Part shown: piece after piece, positions 24,241 through 35,263 of the stretch
How positions within the stretch are numbered: the stretch's first letter is position 1
Layout: each line of letters begins with the position of its first letter
DNA from: Gnetum montanum
Lineage: Eukaryota > Plantae > Gnetophyta
Length of the DNA stretch: 64,000 nt
Reading direction: 5' to 3'
Assembly: GCA_015680685.1 (NCBI GenBank)
Contig: MNCI01002704.1
Coordinates: 174,701-238,700, forward strand
Position numbers and translations under genes: made by a program
The notes under the pieces: generated by a model
Databases searched by the model: none
Seen by the model: the letters and a program-made list of their open reading frames with translations, nothing else
What the model was told of the DNA's origin: nothing

Positions 24241-27200
24241 CTTACAAATGAAAACTCCTTACCTATGGCTAAACAAGGTGGTACATGTGACAAAAGGTAT
24301 AGTGAACTTAAAGAAGAAAATTTTCTTTTACATTATTTGATTAAGAAGGCAAATAAATTTGTAATTTATAAGCTAGATGCTATCCACTCTAAAGTGAAAG
24401 AAGAGATCTCAAATATAAAATCCAAGATTCAACAACTAACCTTTTTAAATAAGGATTGTAGAAAGGTTCATTAAGAAGAGACTCCTAAAAAAAACCAAGA
24501 ATTTGAAGAAAGTCACACATAAAAATTCAAGCTCAAGCATAGTCAAGTTTGATAATATAGCTCATGAGGAGAATACTTTATTTGTGTGTAAAAATTATAA
24601 TGGTAATAAAAACCTTAAACATTCTCATGATGATCAAAACAAGATTGATGCATGGTCTTGTCAAAAGAACTTTAGTAAGAAAATTGTTTAGGTGTTAGTA
24701 GTTGAAAATAAAGAAAAGTGGAGTATTGAAAATAATGCAATAAGTGATCAAGGTTTCTAGTATAAAGAACATGAACAAATAGAGACATCACATACATGAT
24801 CTAATGAAAGATAACTCAAGGATGGGGAGGTACTTCATGATAGGGGACCTCATCTCAAACTCCATTAATCTTCACTTCTCATCTGTAAGCAAGATAAGTC
24901 AAGGTAAGTTTCCATCTCTTTGCTTGCTAGTTAATTTATAAGTATATAATTTGAAAAGTTAAAATTTTTTGTGTATTGTTAGAATAATTTTTTAGAGCAC
25001 CTAATATATTTATTCTGATTTTTATGCAATTGATTCTATAAAAATATATAGTGTAGCACTTGTATTGAGTTCTTTAGGACTCTATGTTCTAATAAATTTA
25101 GTTAGTTTTGTCTTGCTTTCTATCTTGCATGATCTGCTTCTAAGCTCATGTCCTTTAGAGTATTTTTGCTATTTATCAGATAAAACAAGCCTCTGAAAAT
25201 TCCATCAATATTACTAATTAGATACCTCATTCTTCACATTTGATCTTAATGTTGATCTATAGTTGTAGTGCTTTGATTATTTACAATGTTTATGAGTTGA
25301 TCATAAAAGAATAAGTAGAGCTACACATGTGTAGGGAGAGCCTATTCCTTGTTATCCATCATCATCTTGTAGGTCACAAATGTAGGAAAAGTATTTGAAT
25401 AATTTAGTGAAGAAACACTCAAATAGAAAAATATTACAAAATGAGTAAGAATTAATGTCATGGAAGGGTATGGTAGAGTATCCTCAGTAAAAGTAGATTA
25501 ACTCTTGGTTAAGATGTCATAGAAACATATTACTAGTATGATATCTTTTGGTTACTATTTAAATATCTTGCTAAAATATTCTTGGCTATTTTTGGAAATT
25601 CACTTATCTTTATTTAGTATTTGTCCTTCTTCATGAAAATTTATTTTTAGAAAATGGATCTTTTCTTCCTTGCCATATAATTTCCTTCATGATGTTTTCA
25701 TAAGAGTTGAGTTCTAATGGAATCATAACATCATGGTTTACCATAAGAGTTTGTTGGTTCAAAAAAATAGGTTATTTGATCCACAAGTATTGAGCCCTTG
25801 AAAATTATGCTAAGAAATGTGTTTACAATCTTGAAGATATAAATGAGAGTTGATTCTATATGCTCAATCTTTACCCCTTTCCATTCAAGTTTATTCTTTC
25901 TTAGACATTAATTGCAAGTTTTTCTATGTTTGGATTAGTTTTGTCTTATTCTTTCTAACCTTTTTTTCAACTAAAAAGGATAGGTCTTAATTGAAGATAG
26001 CATACAAATTTGATATTTAAGGTTATGTCTTTTCACCTAATGGTATTTTAGCATGCTATGAATTTATCTTCCCTTGAGTACTTAATAATCTCTTATTTAT
26101 ATGGACTTCACTGAAGCAAGAAGTACTTGTATATCTATTCTAAAGGGTTGCAAATGATTGATAATATTCATTATAGTAATATCTTTGAAAATGATTTATG
26201 TCACATAGATATTTATTAAGAACGGTGCATATCTTTTGTGACTAATTCTTAGCAAAGGAAATAGTTGTTTTCTACTTTATATATTGGAATGTTGTTCTTT
26301 TACAATATCTCTTTATAGGCTTAATGTGCTTTATCCTTTTTGCTATTGTTCAAAAAGGAGGAAAGTATGAACTTTATTTGTATGATCACTAATCCATTTT
26401 CTTAAGTTTTGAACATCACCAAAAATGAGGAGATTGTTGACCTTTTGGTGTGTTAAAAATTTAAGTAAAATGGAATCAAAAGTTGTTTGTATGGTTATGT
26501 GGTTGTATTTGTATGACAAAGTACATGAAAAACCAAGATAAGAAGACAAGGAATGAACTGGTGAGCTCAAAGGAAAGGGGTCATCTATAAGATCTCAAGT
26601 GAACATGCAAGAATTTAAAGAATGTGGACAAAGACCAAATAGCTTACAATCCAATTAAATTAAGGGGAAAAACTAAATGGAAAAAAATAGTACAAATGTC
26701 AAACTTATTTTTGCTTGTTCCAAATTGTTGAATGCTAAACAAACTCAATATGAATTTTGACTAGCTTATAATTTTGTATCTTTTTTATTGTTTTCAAATA
26801 GTGTGACTACAACTACTATTCTAGCTTTATAAACATTAATGGTGGATGTAACAAGGCCATAAAATGAAACATGTAACTAAAAATATGTTGTAATGATAAT
26901 TGTAAAGAAAAGTACATGCATGTAAGTAAAACTCATGATGCTAGTATAGGGAAAAAAAGGACAGTTCATTCTGCTTAGTAGTTTTAGGCCTTGTTGGGCC
27001 ATAATGTTAGTAGTTCTGGGCCATGGTGGGCCATGATCCATACTTTCCTAGTAATTATGAAATTCTCTCAAAAGAGCATATAAGGCTAAAACCAACCATG
27101 AAGCATGATACAACGTTGCAAAAGTAAACAAATGACCATTAACAAAATAAGTGGTAAGGTGTTTACTATGAACTCTTTGTTTGACTTTGAGAGGTTAGGG

Positions 27201-27379
27201 GATCCTTTTGACATAACTTTAGGTTCAGTACCTTTCTTATTAATCATTGCAATTTTTATGAATTTTTTGATCACTTTGTGTTATAGAGTTGATGTTACTA
27301 ACATCGTTATTATGTTTGTTGTTGGTGGCCCTAGTCTAAGTGTTGGAAGCTTCTTCTTGAAATTCCACCTCTAAACCTT

Positions 27380-28060
27380 AGTCATTATCAACATAATTAA
27401 TTGAAGGTAGTGACATGTTATCTTGATGAATGATAATTTTCTCTCCTTCACAGGGCATGTGAATCTCTTAATATATAGGATATGAGACTATGCAAAGCTT
27501 TGCTAACCATGGCCTTCCTAGGATCAAGTTCAAGTTAGGTATCTCTTAATCACTAGGAAGTTGGTGGATGTGGGGAACTACTTTCTAGCTACAAAATCCA
27601 AGGAGATGGAACTTTGCACTACTATGAGAGATCAATTTAATGATTTAAGTGCTAAGGTAGTGGTCTCTTGGATGTTATCTATATAGAAAATGGTACAACA
27701 TTAGTTACTACTCCATCATCTACATGAACATGATGGACCTTGTATCTACCGGCATGTATAGTGATGAGAAGAGGGGAAGATAGTACCTCTCTATTTTGAG
27801 AGTAAATCTTCACTTCACTATCATGGAAGTTGAGCATGGGTTGATGGTCATTTTCCCTAAGCAAAGCATACTCAATGAGAGCATGGATTGATTCTTTGTT
27901 GGTAGGAATGTTTCTATTCACAGGGATCGAAGTCAACACTTGAGCTAGTGCATTGCTATGAGCAAGAGATGTCATAACCATGTCATAGACATTTGGTGAC
28001 ATGTTCTTTTGTTTCAATGACCATTTGGCTTGCTCCATTATTGCAATGAAACTCATTTCC
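27380..28060 (-). pseudogene. Aspartic protease of copy D
   Basis: PLLITIHAGRYKVHHVHVDDGVVTNVVPF, then the LNLILGRPWL motif (~27505-27540). Confidence 0.8.
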
Positions 28061-30610
28061 TTGGCCTATAATTTTTCAATCTTAGTGGTTCTAACATCAT
28101 CCACCCTTCCTAAAGTTTGTGACTTAGGGCTTGGTCAATGTGGCTTGGGTCCCTTTTCCATGAATGCAGTTGATTTTGGTGTAGGTTGTTTTGAATCCTT
28201 TTACTATTGGTTACCTTTAGTGGACTTTGTTGTTGTTTTGGCGATAGGTTGATTTCTTCATTGTTGTGATGATGGTTTCTTGCTAACCTCTGAGTTGTGG
28301 GTCACTATAGGCAAGCTCTAGTCATGAGTTGTTATAGGCTTGCATGAAGTTGAAGGGATAGGATAACAAATGGTTTCCTAGGCTTTAGAGGATTATAAAT
28401 TTGTGGTCTTGGTTGATGCTACTAAAGTTGGAATCCATATGATGAAAGGCTTCTTAGGGGCTAGAGGGGGTGGTACCTGTATGAAAATGGCTTTCTAGGC
28501 TTTATGTTTTGAGATTGTGGTGGTACTTTAATGACAAATAATTTCCTAGGAGGATTAGAACATTTAGTTTCTATTAATGAGACTATGGTGTGAGAGTTGT
28601 TGTTGATGCTTGGAGAATTGGGCTTATCCAATATCAACTCTCCATGCTCTATCATCTTCTGGAGGTCATCCTTTAATGCTAGGAAAAAAGCAATGTCATG
28701 ACTAGCTATTTGATGATAATGGTAATACCTATCTAGTTTGAAGTTCTTTGGTAGATTTGGATCATATTTGGTAATCATCATTAGATCTCTAGCTATGTCA
28801 AAAAGATGATCATGCTTCTTACAAGCTTCCTTGAATAGTTTCTTATGTTATATAGAGTTGTATTTAAGCAACTATTTTAGAAGCTCAAAGGGCTTCATAG
28901 GCAACCTAGTGTACTTTGACCTATCCTTCCACCCAAAGTTTAGTCTTGGTCGATTTGGAGCATATGAAGTGAATGGTTGCAATGAGTCTTGGGATGTGTT
29001 GTGTGGAAATGATCCCCACATTTTCCTTTATTTTTATTCTTCTATTATTGCAACCACGGTTATATGTTCTTTCTTGGCTTTATCCCTATCCCTTCTTACA
29101 TGTTGGCTTTTATAGGCCACATAGGTCAAGTCATTGCTTACCTTCACTGCCTCCTTGATATTCTTAGTTTGTGAGAAGGCTTGGCTTAGTGACTAGGGCT
29201 CTAGGTAGTAAGGATTTTACTTGATAAAGTTATTTATTGCTCCCTTAAAGATGGCCAAGAGGTGAGTTTTAGCAATAGGCTCTGGAATCTTGTTAAGTGT
29301 TGAGTTCCATTGTTGAATGAACCTTTTGATTGATTCAAGTGACCCCTGCTTCACCTTAATCAGTTGATCCAATGTGGCATCTAGCTTCAAGTTATATCTA
29401 AAGTGATTGATAAATTGGTTAATCAAGTTTTCAAGGAAAAAGATAGAACCTCTAGGCAAGGTTTAGTACCAATCTAGGGCCTTACTCTTGAGGGACATGG
29501 GGAAAATCCATAGTATCATATGAGGCCAAGCTTGCACAAAGAGGCACTTAGCCTAGAAGGTGATTAGATGTGTGTTGGGATCCCCTTCACCATTTTATTT
29601 GGTGAAGTTTGGAATAGGAAAGGTTGTTTGGGGTATCATAGGAATTACAGGATCATCTTGGTAGAAATATAAAACTTGACCATCTTAGCTGTATTAACCT
29701 TGAGTTTTTGTAGTTCTTTAGTAAGGTCTTGGATCATTTGACAGGCTTGATTCAATCCTTGGGGCATCCTTCTAGGATATGATGCTTGGGTCAATGATTG
29801 ACGAGGGAGTTGAGAGGCTTGTGGCCTCACAATAGGTTGTGGTATTAAAGGGAGAGGTTGGGTTATGATGGTCATATGTGGGCTAAACAAAGAAAAGGAT
29901 GTTTATGCTAGAACTTCAGGAAAGAAGGGGATGAAAAGAATATGAGAGACTTGTGTTTCTTAGGGTCCCAATGAGGATCCTGCTAGTATGACAAAGAAAG
30001 ATGATGAGGTAGACAACACCAAAACTAGGTGAACACAATGAGGCTATGTGGAAATCGATGAAAATAAGAAGGTGGATTAGGGCATGTATTATGCCTAGTG
30101 TATAGCAATAATGGATGTAGATGCAAACATGATAGAATAGACAGGAGGAGATTTGGACTAAGGAAATTGTCCTATTAATGAGGTAAGAGATGTGGACTTG
30201 GGAGAAGTAGTTTGAAGGGTCAATAATCATAAAAGACTTCTAATGAAGATTTTTGGTTTTTATTCATCCTTGAACTCATCTTCCTATTCTTAATGATCCT
30301 TTGAGCTATTTTCCTCACTAAACTCATCAACCTCTATGAGTTATATGAGCATTTTTGTATAAAACTCAGTGAGGGAAATTTGTTCATAAGGAGATGGGAT
30401 GTATTCTTTTCCATCCTAGCATATAATTTCAAATTGATGATTAGCATCAAATTTGAAGTGTGGTATCAAGAGTCTAGCTTGTATTTTGGCATAGAAGAAC
30501 TTGTAGAACTCCTTATTGATAACCATGAAATTTGGGTTTTGTCCCTTTTTCTAAGTGGTTGTATTTGTTCTATGACCATAGGGTCTTTCAGATCATAAAC
30601 ATGAACTACA
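28061..30610 (-). pseudogene. gag: Degenerate gag of copy D with a long N-terminal extension
   Basis: IPNFTK.NGEGDPNTHL, FPMSLKSKALDWY, LPRGSIFFLENLINQFINHF, VKQGSLESIKRFIQQW, and a Y-x2-YHQ-x2-H knuckle-like region at 28461-28781. Confidence 0.8.
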
Positions 30611-30954
30611 TCTTGGTTGGATGTTATATTTTTTAGGTTAAGGAGAAGGATGGTTGATCAACTGAAAGACATTGTCAAAGATATGGTTTTAACCTTTCTT
30701 AATATTTTTAGTAAATACTATAGTTAGTGGAAATATCGACTAACATAGTTAACTAAAAATGGAAAAGTAATAAAAAAATATTTTTGTAAATTACTACACA
30801 GTAGATGATCATCTGCTATGTAGTAAACAAGGTTTAAAGTGGTTACTCCAACTACATTAAGTAGTGAGAATTGAAAAGATGGCCTTTTTTACTAGATTTC
30901 TATAGCAAAGAAAATCAGATCTTTGAATGAATACTAAGTTCTAAAATGAAAAAG

Positions 30955-31068
30955 GGCTTCCAAAATAGAATATGGCTTCCATATTGAAATTTGGCCTTTG
31001 GAATAAAATTGGGCTTTCAAAATAGAATATGGCTTCCAAAATGGAATATGGCTTCTAGAATAGAATAC
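30955..31068. repeat. 19-bp tandem repeat (GGCTTCCAAAATAGAATAT), about 6 units, in the leader of copy D
   Basis: Direct reading. Confidence 0.8.
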
Positions 31069-31271
31069 GTTGGTTCCCAAGAAACTAGTAACTACTATGA
31101 AATTTTAGCAGAAGCCCAACTCAATTACCACAACTACATTGAGGTATGTGGGAAAGGGGTTAATAGAATATGTTTGCAGGTTTTAGAGTTGGAAAATAAA
31201 ACAAGCTTGGAAAAGGGTTTTTAGAAAAGATTGGTAATAGGGTTTTTGGGCTATGAATTTGGATAGAGGCT

Positions 31272-31286
31272 CTCCTTCTAGTGCCA
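31272..31286 (-). promoter_or_regulatory. Primer binding site, tRNA-Asn type
   Basis: Minus strand TGGCACTAGAAGGAG, a CpG-decayed TGGCGCTAGAAGGAG complementary to the 3' end of plant tRNA-Asn(GTT), a few bases from the LTR end. Confidence 0.8.
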
Positions 31287-31292
31287 AAAAAC

Positions 31293-32730
31293 TATTAGAC
31301 TTGGAAAATTTAGTTGCTAGGATAGAAATTGGGATATCCTAGGTGCCAAAAAAATTTTAGCCTCAAATCTCAAGGGCCTTTGAAAATGAAATTCAAGGCA
31401 CATTGGATGGTCTAGTTGATTATTCAAGGACTTATGGAAGTGTAAAATGGTGGTGTAAATGTAAATAAAAATTAAAATATAAACGTAAATGAAAATGAAA
31501 ATATAAAAGAAATGGAAACATGAATTTCGATCTACACAACAATGAACTACAACTTTATTAAAATGGAAAATAAAGTGGAAGGTTTAAAATGTATAGATTT
31601 TGTAGTAGGTGCACAAAAAGTTTCTTCAAGGAGTTTGAAGTCCATTCGAGCTTGTAGGTTGTGTACCATGTCAACTTCATGATCTAGATTCTTCCTAACT
31701 CTAGTTTCCAATAACTTTGCACTAGTTTCCATTGAGATCAACAATTTATAGTCACAAATTAGTGTTCAACCTTTGTTGCAATTGTATTATGTGGAAGTAA
31801 CTATGCCCAATGTGGCTACTAGTTTTCTCTACCAAAAAGGTTGCAAGGTCACAAGCCTCTTTGGGTTACGAAAAATGCCTAATGCTATTGGTATCCCAAG
31901 GTTGTGTAATAGAATAAGACAGTTACGTTGGGTTTTTATAGGAGTAGAATTATTATTTTTTGGGCCTACACATCATTTTCATGGTTATTGAAAGATTGAT
32001 GTCATTTTTCAGTTTACAATAGTTACCATTCTTATTGTAGGTACCATTTATAGTAAGTTTGGAATACATTATAGCCACCAAAGCCAATATATTTTCTATA
32101 AATAGTAAATAGACTTTTGTGATGATGCTAACACCATCTGAACTATGTTGGCCTTGGTGGATTATGTTGAAGTTGTTGGAAAATGCTAGAAATTATGGAA
32201 AATGTGGAAAATATTGAAAACTATGGGAAATGTTAGAAACTACTAGAACTACTAGAAAATGTTGTCTACACTAGCCATGCTATAATTTCCAAAGACTTGG
32301 GTTGACTACGCTAGCCACTATTGAGAAAATAGTGGAAAATTCCAATAATTCCAACACTACATCTTTTTTGGGATTGGGTGGTGACTACGCTGGGTTAGAA
32401 ATGGAAAATCCCATCTAGTGCATCTACACCAAAGGGTAGATTGTTCTAGAATAGTTGAGGCTATACCCCTATGAAAACCCATGAAGATGCTAATTTTGGA
32501 AATTCCTAAGGCATTTTCAGCCCTCACAAATTCAAATATAGACATGAGGTAAATTTTCCCACTTGGGAAGTGAGGCAATAACAACTTTTAATGCATTTTT
32601 TAGCCCCAGAAGCCAAAGTATGCAAGATTGTAGCTCATGGACTAAAAATCTTACATTTACAATAAAATCTTGCCTTAAGTTTGGAAATGAAGGTTACAAT
32701 TTGGCAACATGAATTTTTGGTGGTGTTTCA
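31293..32730 (-). mobile_element. 5' LTR of copy D (~1.44 kb)
   Basis: Sharp boundary TGAAACACC against the NB-ARC sequence at 32730/32731; PBS follows the other end. Confidence 0.75.
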
Positions 32731-33540
32731 AATATGATAAGAAATAATAGTCTTTTTTAGAGGCTTAGTTGTTGGGGCAAACACTTGGCAAGCTATTGAA
32801 TACCCAATACATTATTTATGTAGATCACACAAGAATGGGTTTCAAGCAATCCAGTAGCAACATTTGGCCCTAAGTAGGAGATTCTAGATTTATTGTTTCT
32901 TTTTGTAATATAGTATCTTGAATCATTTTCTACACTTTTGTTAAGTTGAGTTAGTGTTCCACGATGTCATACAACATTTCATTGCAATATGTTAAATCAT
33001 CTACATCTTCCAAACTTGCATATGCTACATTTACAAGTGTAGTCTTTCTAATGCCACCAAACCCATATACAATCATAACTATACCTTTATTATGGCTTTC
33101 CAATTCTAAAAGCCCTACAACATTCTTCAAAGTCTCTATTGAAATTATAGAATTCATTTTTTAAGTCTTTAAGTATAGCTCGTATCTAATCAAAGGACTA
33201 TTTTAATTCTTTAGTAATCTTTTAAGCTCTTAAATTTTAGAATTGAATTCTAAACCAAACTTTTCTTAACAATGACATCACTACTTCATTGAATGGTAGA
33301 AATGTGCCAACATTTCTTGTCCCCTTAAAATTCTTTAATGAAATTTTTGCAAACCTAATTTAAACATAAAAAATAGTAATTTCATTTAACTATAATGGAA
33401 GGATTTTATTAATTTTTTATAGTGGAAAATAATAAATATTTTTGGAGAAAAATTACCATTGAACTTAAGGTTCAGCTATATAAAAACCTTGTTCCTAAGA
33501 CACAAAAGAAGAAAGTTGTGCAAACAAAGCCTAGCTTGAA
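32731..33540 (-). pseudogene. NB-ARC (NLR resistance gene) remnant interrupted by the copy D LTR
   Basis: P-loop VYGFGGIRKTTLV (32951-33157), kinase-2-like CVIYINNVL and RNBS-B-like KRLLFLII downstream; putative ~100-bp intron at ~33356-33457. Confidence 0.75.
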
Positions 33541-33653
33541 CTATTTAGAAATGGGAAAGAGGATAGTTAAGGTAACCATCTTTGAAACCCTCATGTTGAA
33601 AATTTTCTTGTACTCAATTTCTATAGTATTTCAAGCTTCCTTTTCTTCCTCTC

Positions 33654-34448
33654 TGATGAGTGGCGAGGTACCCCTACACTCGACCATATGAATACGATTG
33701 TTACACGCACGATTCAGTCGAACTCCACAAACTAAGTGCCTACATGCCTTATGGAACACTTAAGGTTAATCGTTCGTTGTCTTCCTAGACTTACTTGTAT
33801 TTGTCATGGTTGTATGGTTAAGTAAGTCTGAGGTATGTGATTTTTATATCTTTTATGTTTTTATCACCTATGCTAAGAGAGGAAAGGGTGAAGAGACTAA
33901 GTAACTAACTTTAACTAGCTAAGTTCTAATGCCTAGCATCAGTATCCACCCCACTTTCCATTCACACTCTAAACCAATGCAACCTTATGGGATTACCAAA
34001 TGCTATTGGTTGTTGGGATTAGCAAGCCTAATGCAGGTGCTTGAAGTAGTCGTACTGAATGCACTTAACTAGGAGTTAAGGGTTGAGGGAGATTTAATTA
34101 ACTAATAAATAATTTTAAAATTAACCATAATTTAAGTCCTATTTAGTTTAGTCCATGCACTGCAAGGTTTATCCAAAAGTTCATCTTTATTTCCATACAG
34201 AAACATGTGCTTAGGTACAATATTTGCTCAAATAAAGATCTGTTCACTTTGAGACTCCTACTGCGGGCAGATGAAAATTATTCTAACTCTGGAATGGAAA
34301 AATGGCAAGATTTTGGCTATGATCTAGATCTAAATGGAGAAACAAGGAAGAGTCACCTCTTATTTATAGATTTGGCAGAGCATTGCGATATCATGTACGA
34401 TACATCGCGTATGCGATATCGTGGCCTATGCGATATCACGTCTCATCA
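33654..34448 (-). mobile_element. Solo LTR (795 bp) related to the Athila LTRs at 12383/17292
   Basis: TGATGAG...CTCATCA termini, 5-bp TSD CTCTC on both sides (33649-33653, 34449-34453), shared terminal block (CCCTACACTC.ACCATA.GAATACGA) and CTCTTATTTATAG TATA block. Confidence 0.92.
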
Positions 34449-35263
34449 CTCTCAATTTTCTGACATTTCTACTTCTTCCACCTCCATATTATTTTTTGTA
34501 GCCTTATCTTCAAAAACCATCTCCTTTTCTTCCTTAGCCCCATTATTGACTTTTGGTGCTCCTCACAGCTAATTTCTTCCATATCCTAGGAAATGAAAGC
34601 TTCTCCACAAGAATCAACATGATTGGGTTCTTCTTGGAACTCAATGTCTACTGCACATTGGTGGAAATCGTCCCAAATATTGGAGTGAATAGAGTGACCA
34701 CTAGTGAGGAAGTTGAAATCATTCAAAAGCTTGAGCAAGAAAGGGATTTCGGTGGAAGCACCACAAGCTGTTGCCCTGCAAAAGGCTCTCAAAGCATGTT
34801 TTAGGTAGCAACTTGTAATGTATGGGATGAAAGGCCATCTCATTATCATTTTCCCAACTCACTCTCTATTTCAAGTTAAAACTAAATTATTTTCTTCCTA
34901 ATGGAATCATGAAGTTGATTTCTACGTTCTCTTGGGTTTGCTAGAACCCCTTATATAATTCTAATTTTTAAATCTCCCACTCTTTTATGAAACTAACTTT
35001 CCCACTTCCATAATGGTTTATTTATTTTCCTCATTGTAGTTGTTGTAACTTCCACTAAGGCCTAGTTAATGTCCAAAATAAGTAATTTTATTAAATTTAA
35101 TTTATTATTAAAACAACCACCACTACCTACATATTTATTATATATTTTATTTTTTTATTATAACTTTTTATATTATTATTTTTATTTGTTTTAAAAATAT
35201 CTATTTTATTATTAATATTTTATGTTATTATTATTTATTATTATAAATAAATTTATTTATTTT

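Larger units (their letters stand above)
22167..26650 (+). mobile_element. Non-autonomous SIRE/Maximus-like Ty1/copia element (5' LTR, gag, no recognisable pol, PPT, truncated 3' LTR)
   Basis: LTR start TGTTGACCTTTT at 22167 repeated at 26435. PPT CACCAAAAATGAGGAGAT (26417-26434) resembles the SIRE ACCAAAAAGGGGGAGAT signature. The 5' LTR end and PBS fall in the N-gap at 23340-23520. Confidence 0.75.
26950..32730 (-). mobile_element. 5' part of a related Tat/Ogre-like element (copy D): 5' LTR, PBS, leader, gag, protease, then minisatellite; no RT follows
   Basis: LTR 31293-32730 begins TGAAACACC; PBS at 31272-31286; gag and protease motifs; homologous to 61000-63000. Confidence 0.8.

Noticed and set aside
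34207-34572. 121-aa + strand ORF
   Set aside because: Runs across the solo LTR U3 and its TSD junction, so it is a chance chimeric frame.
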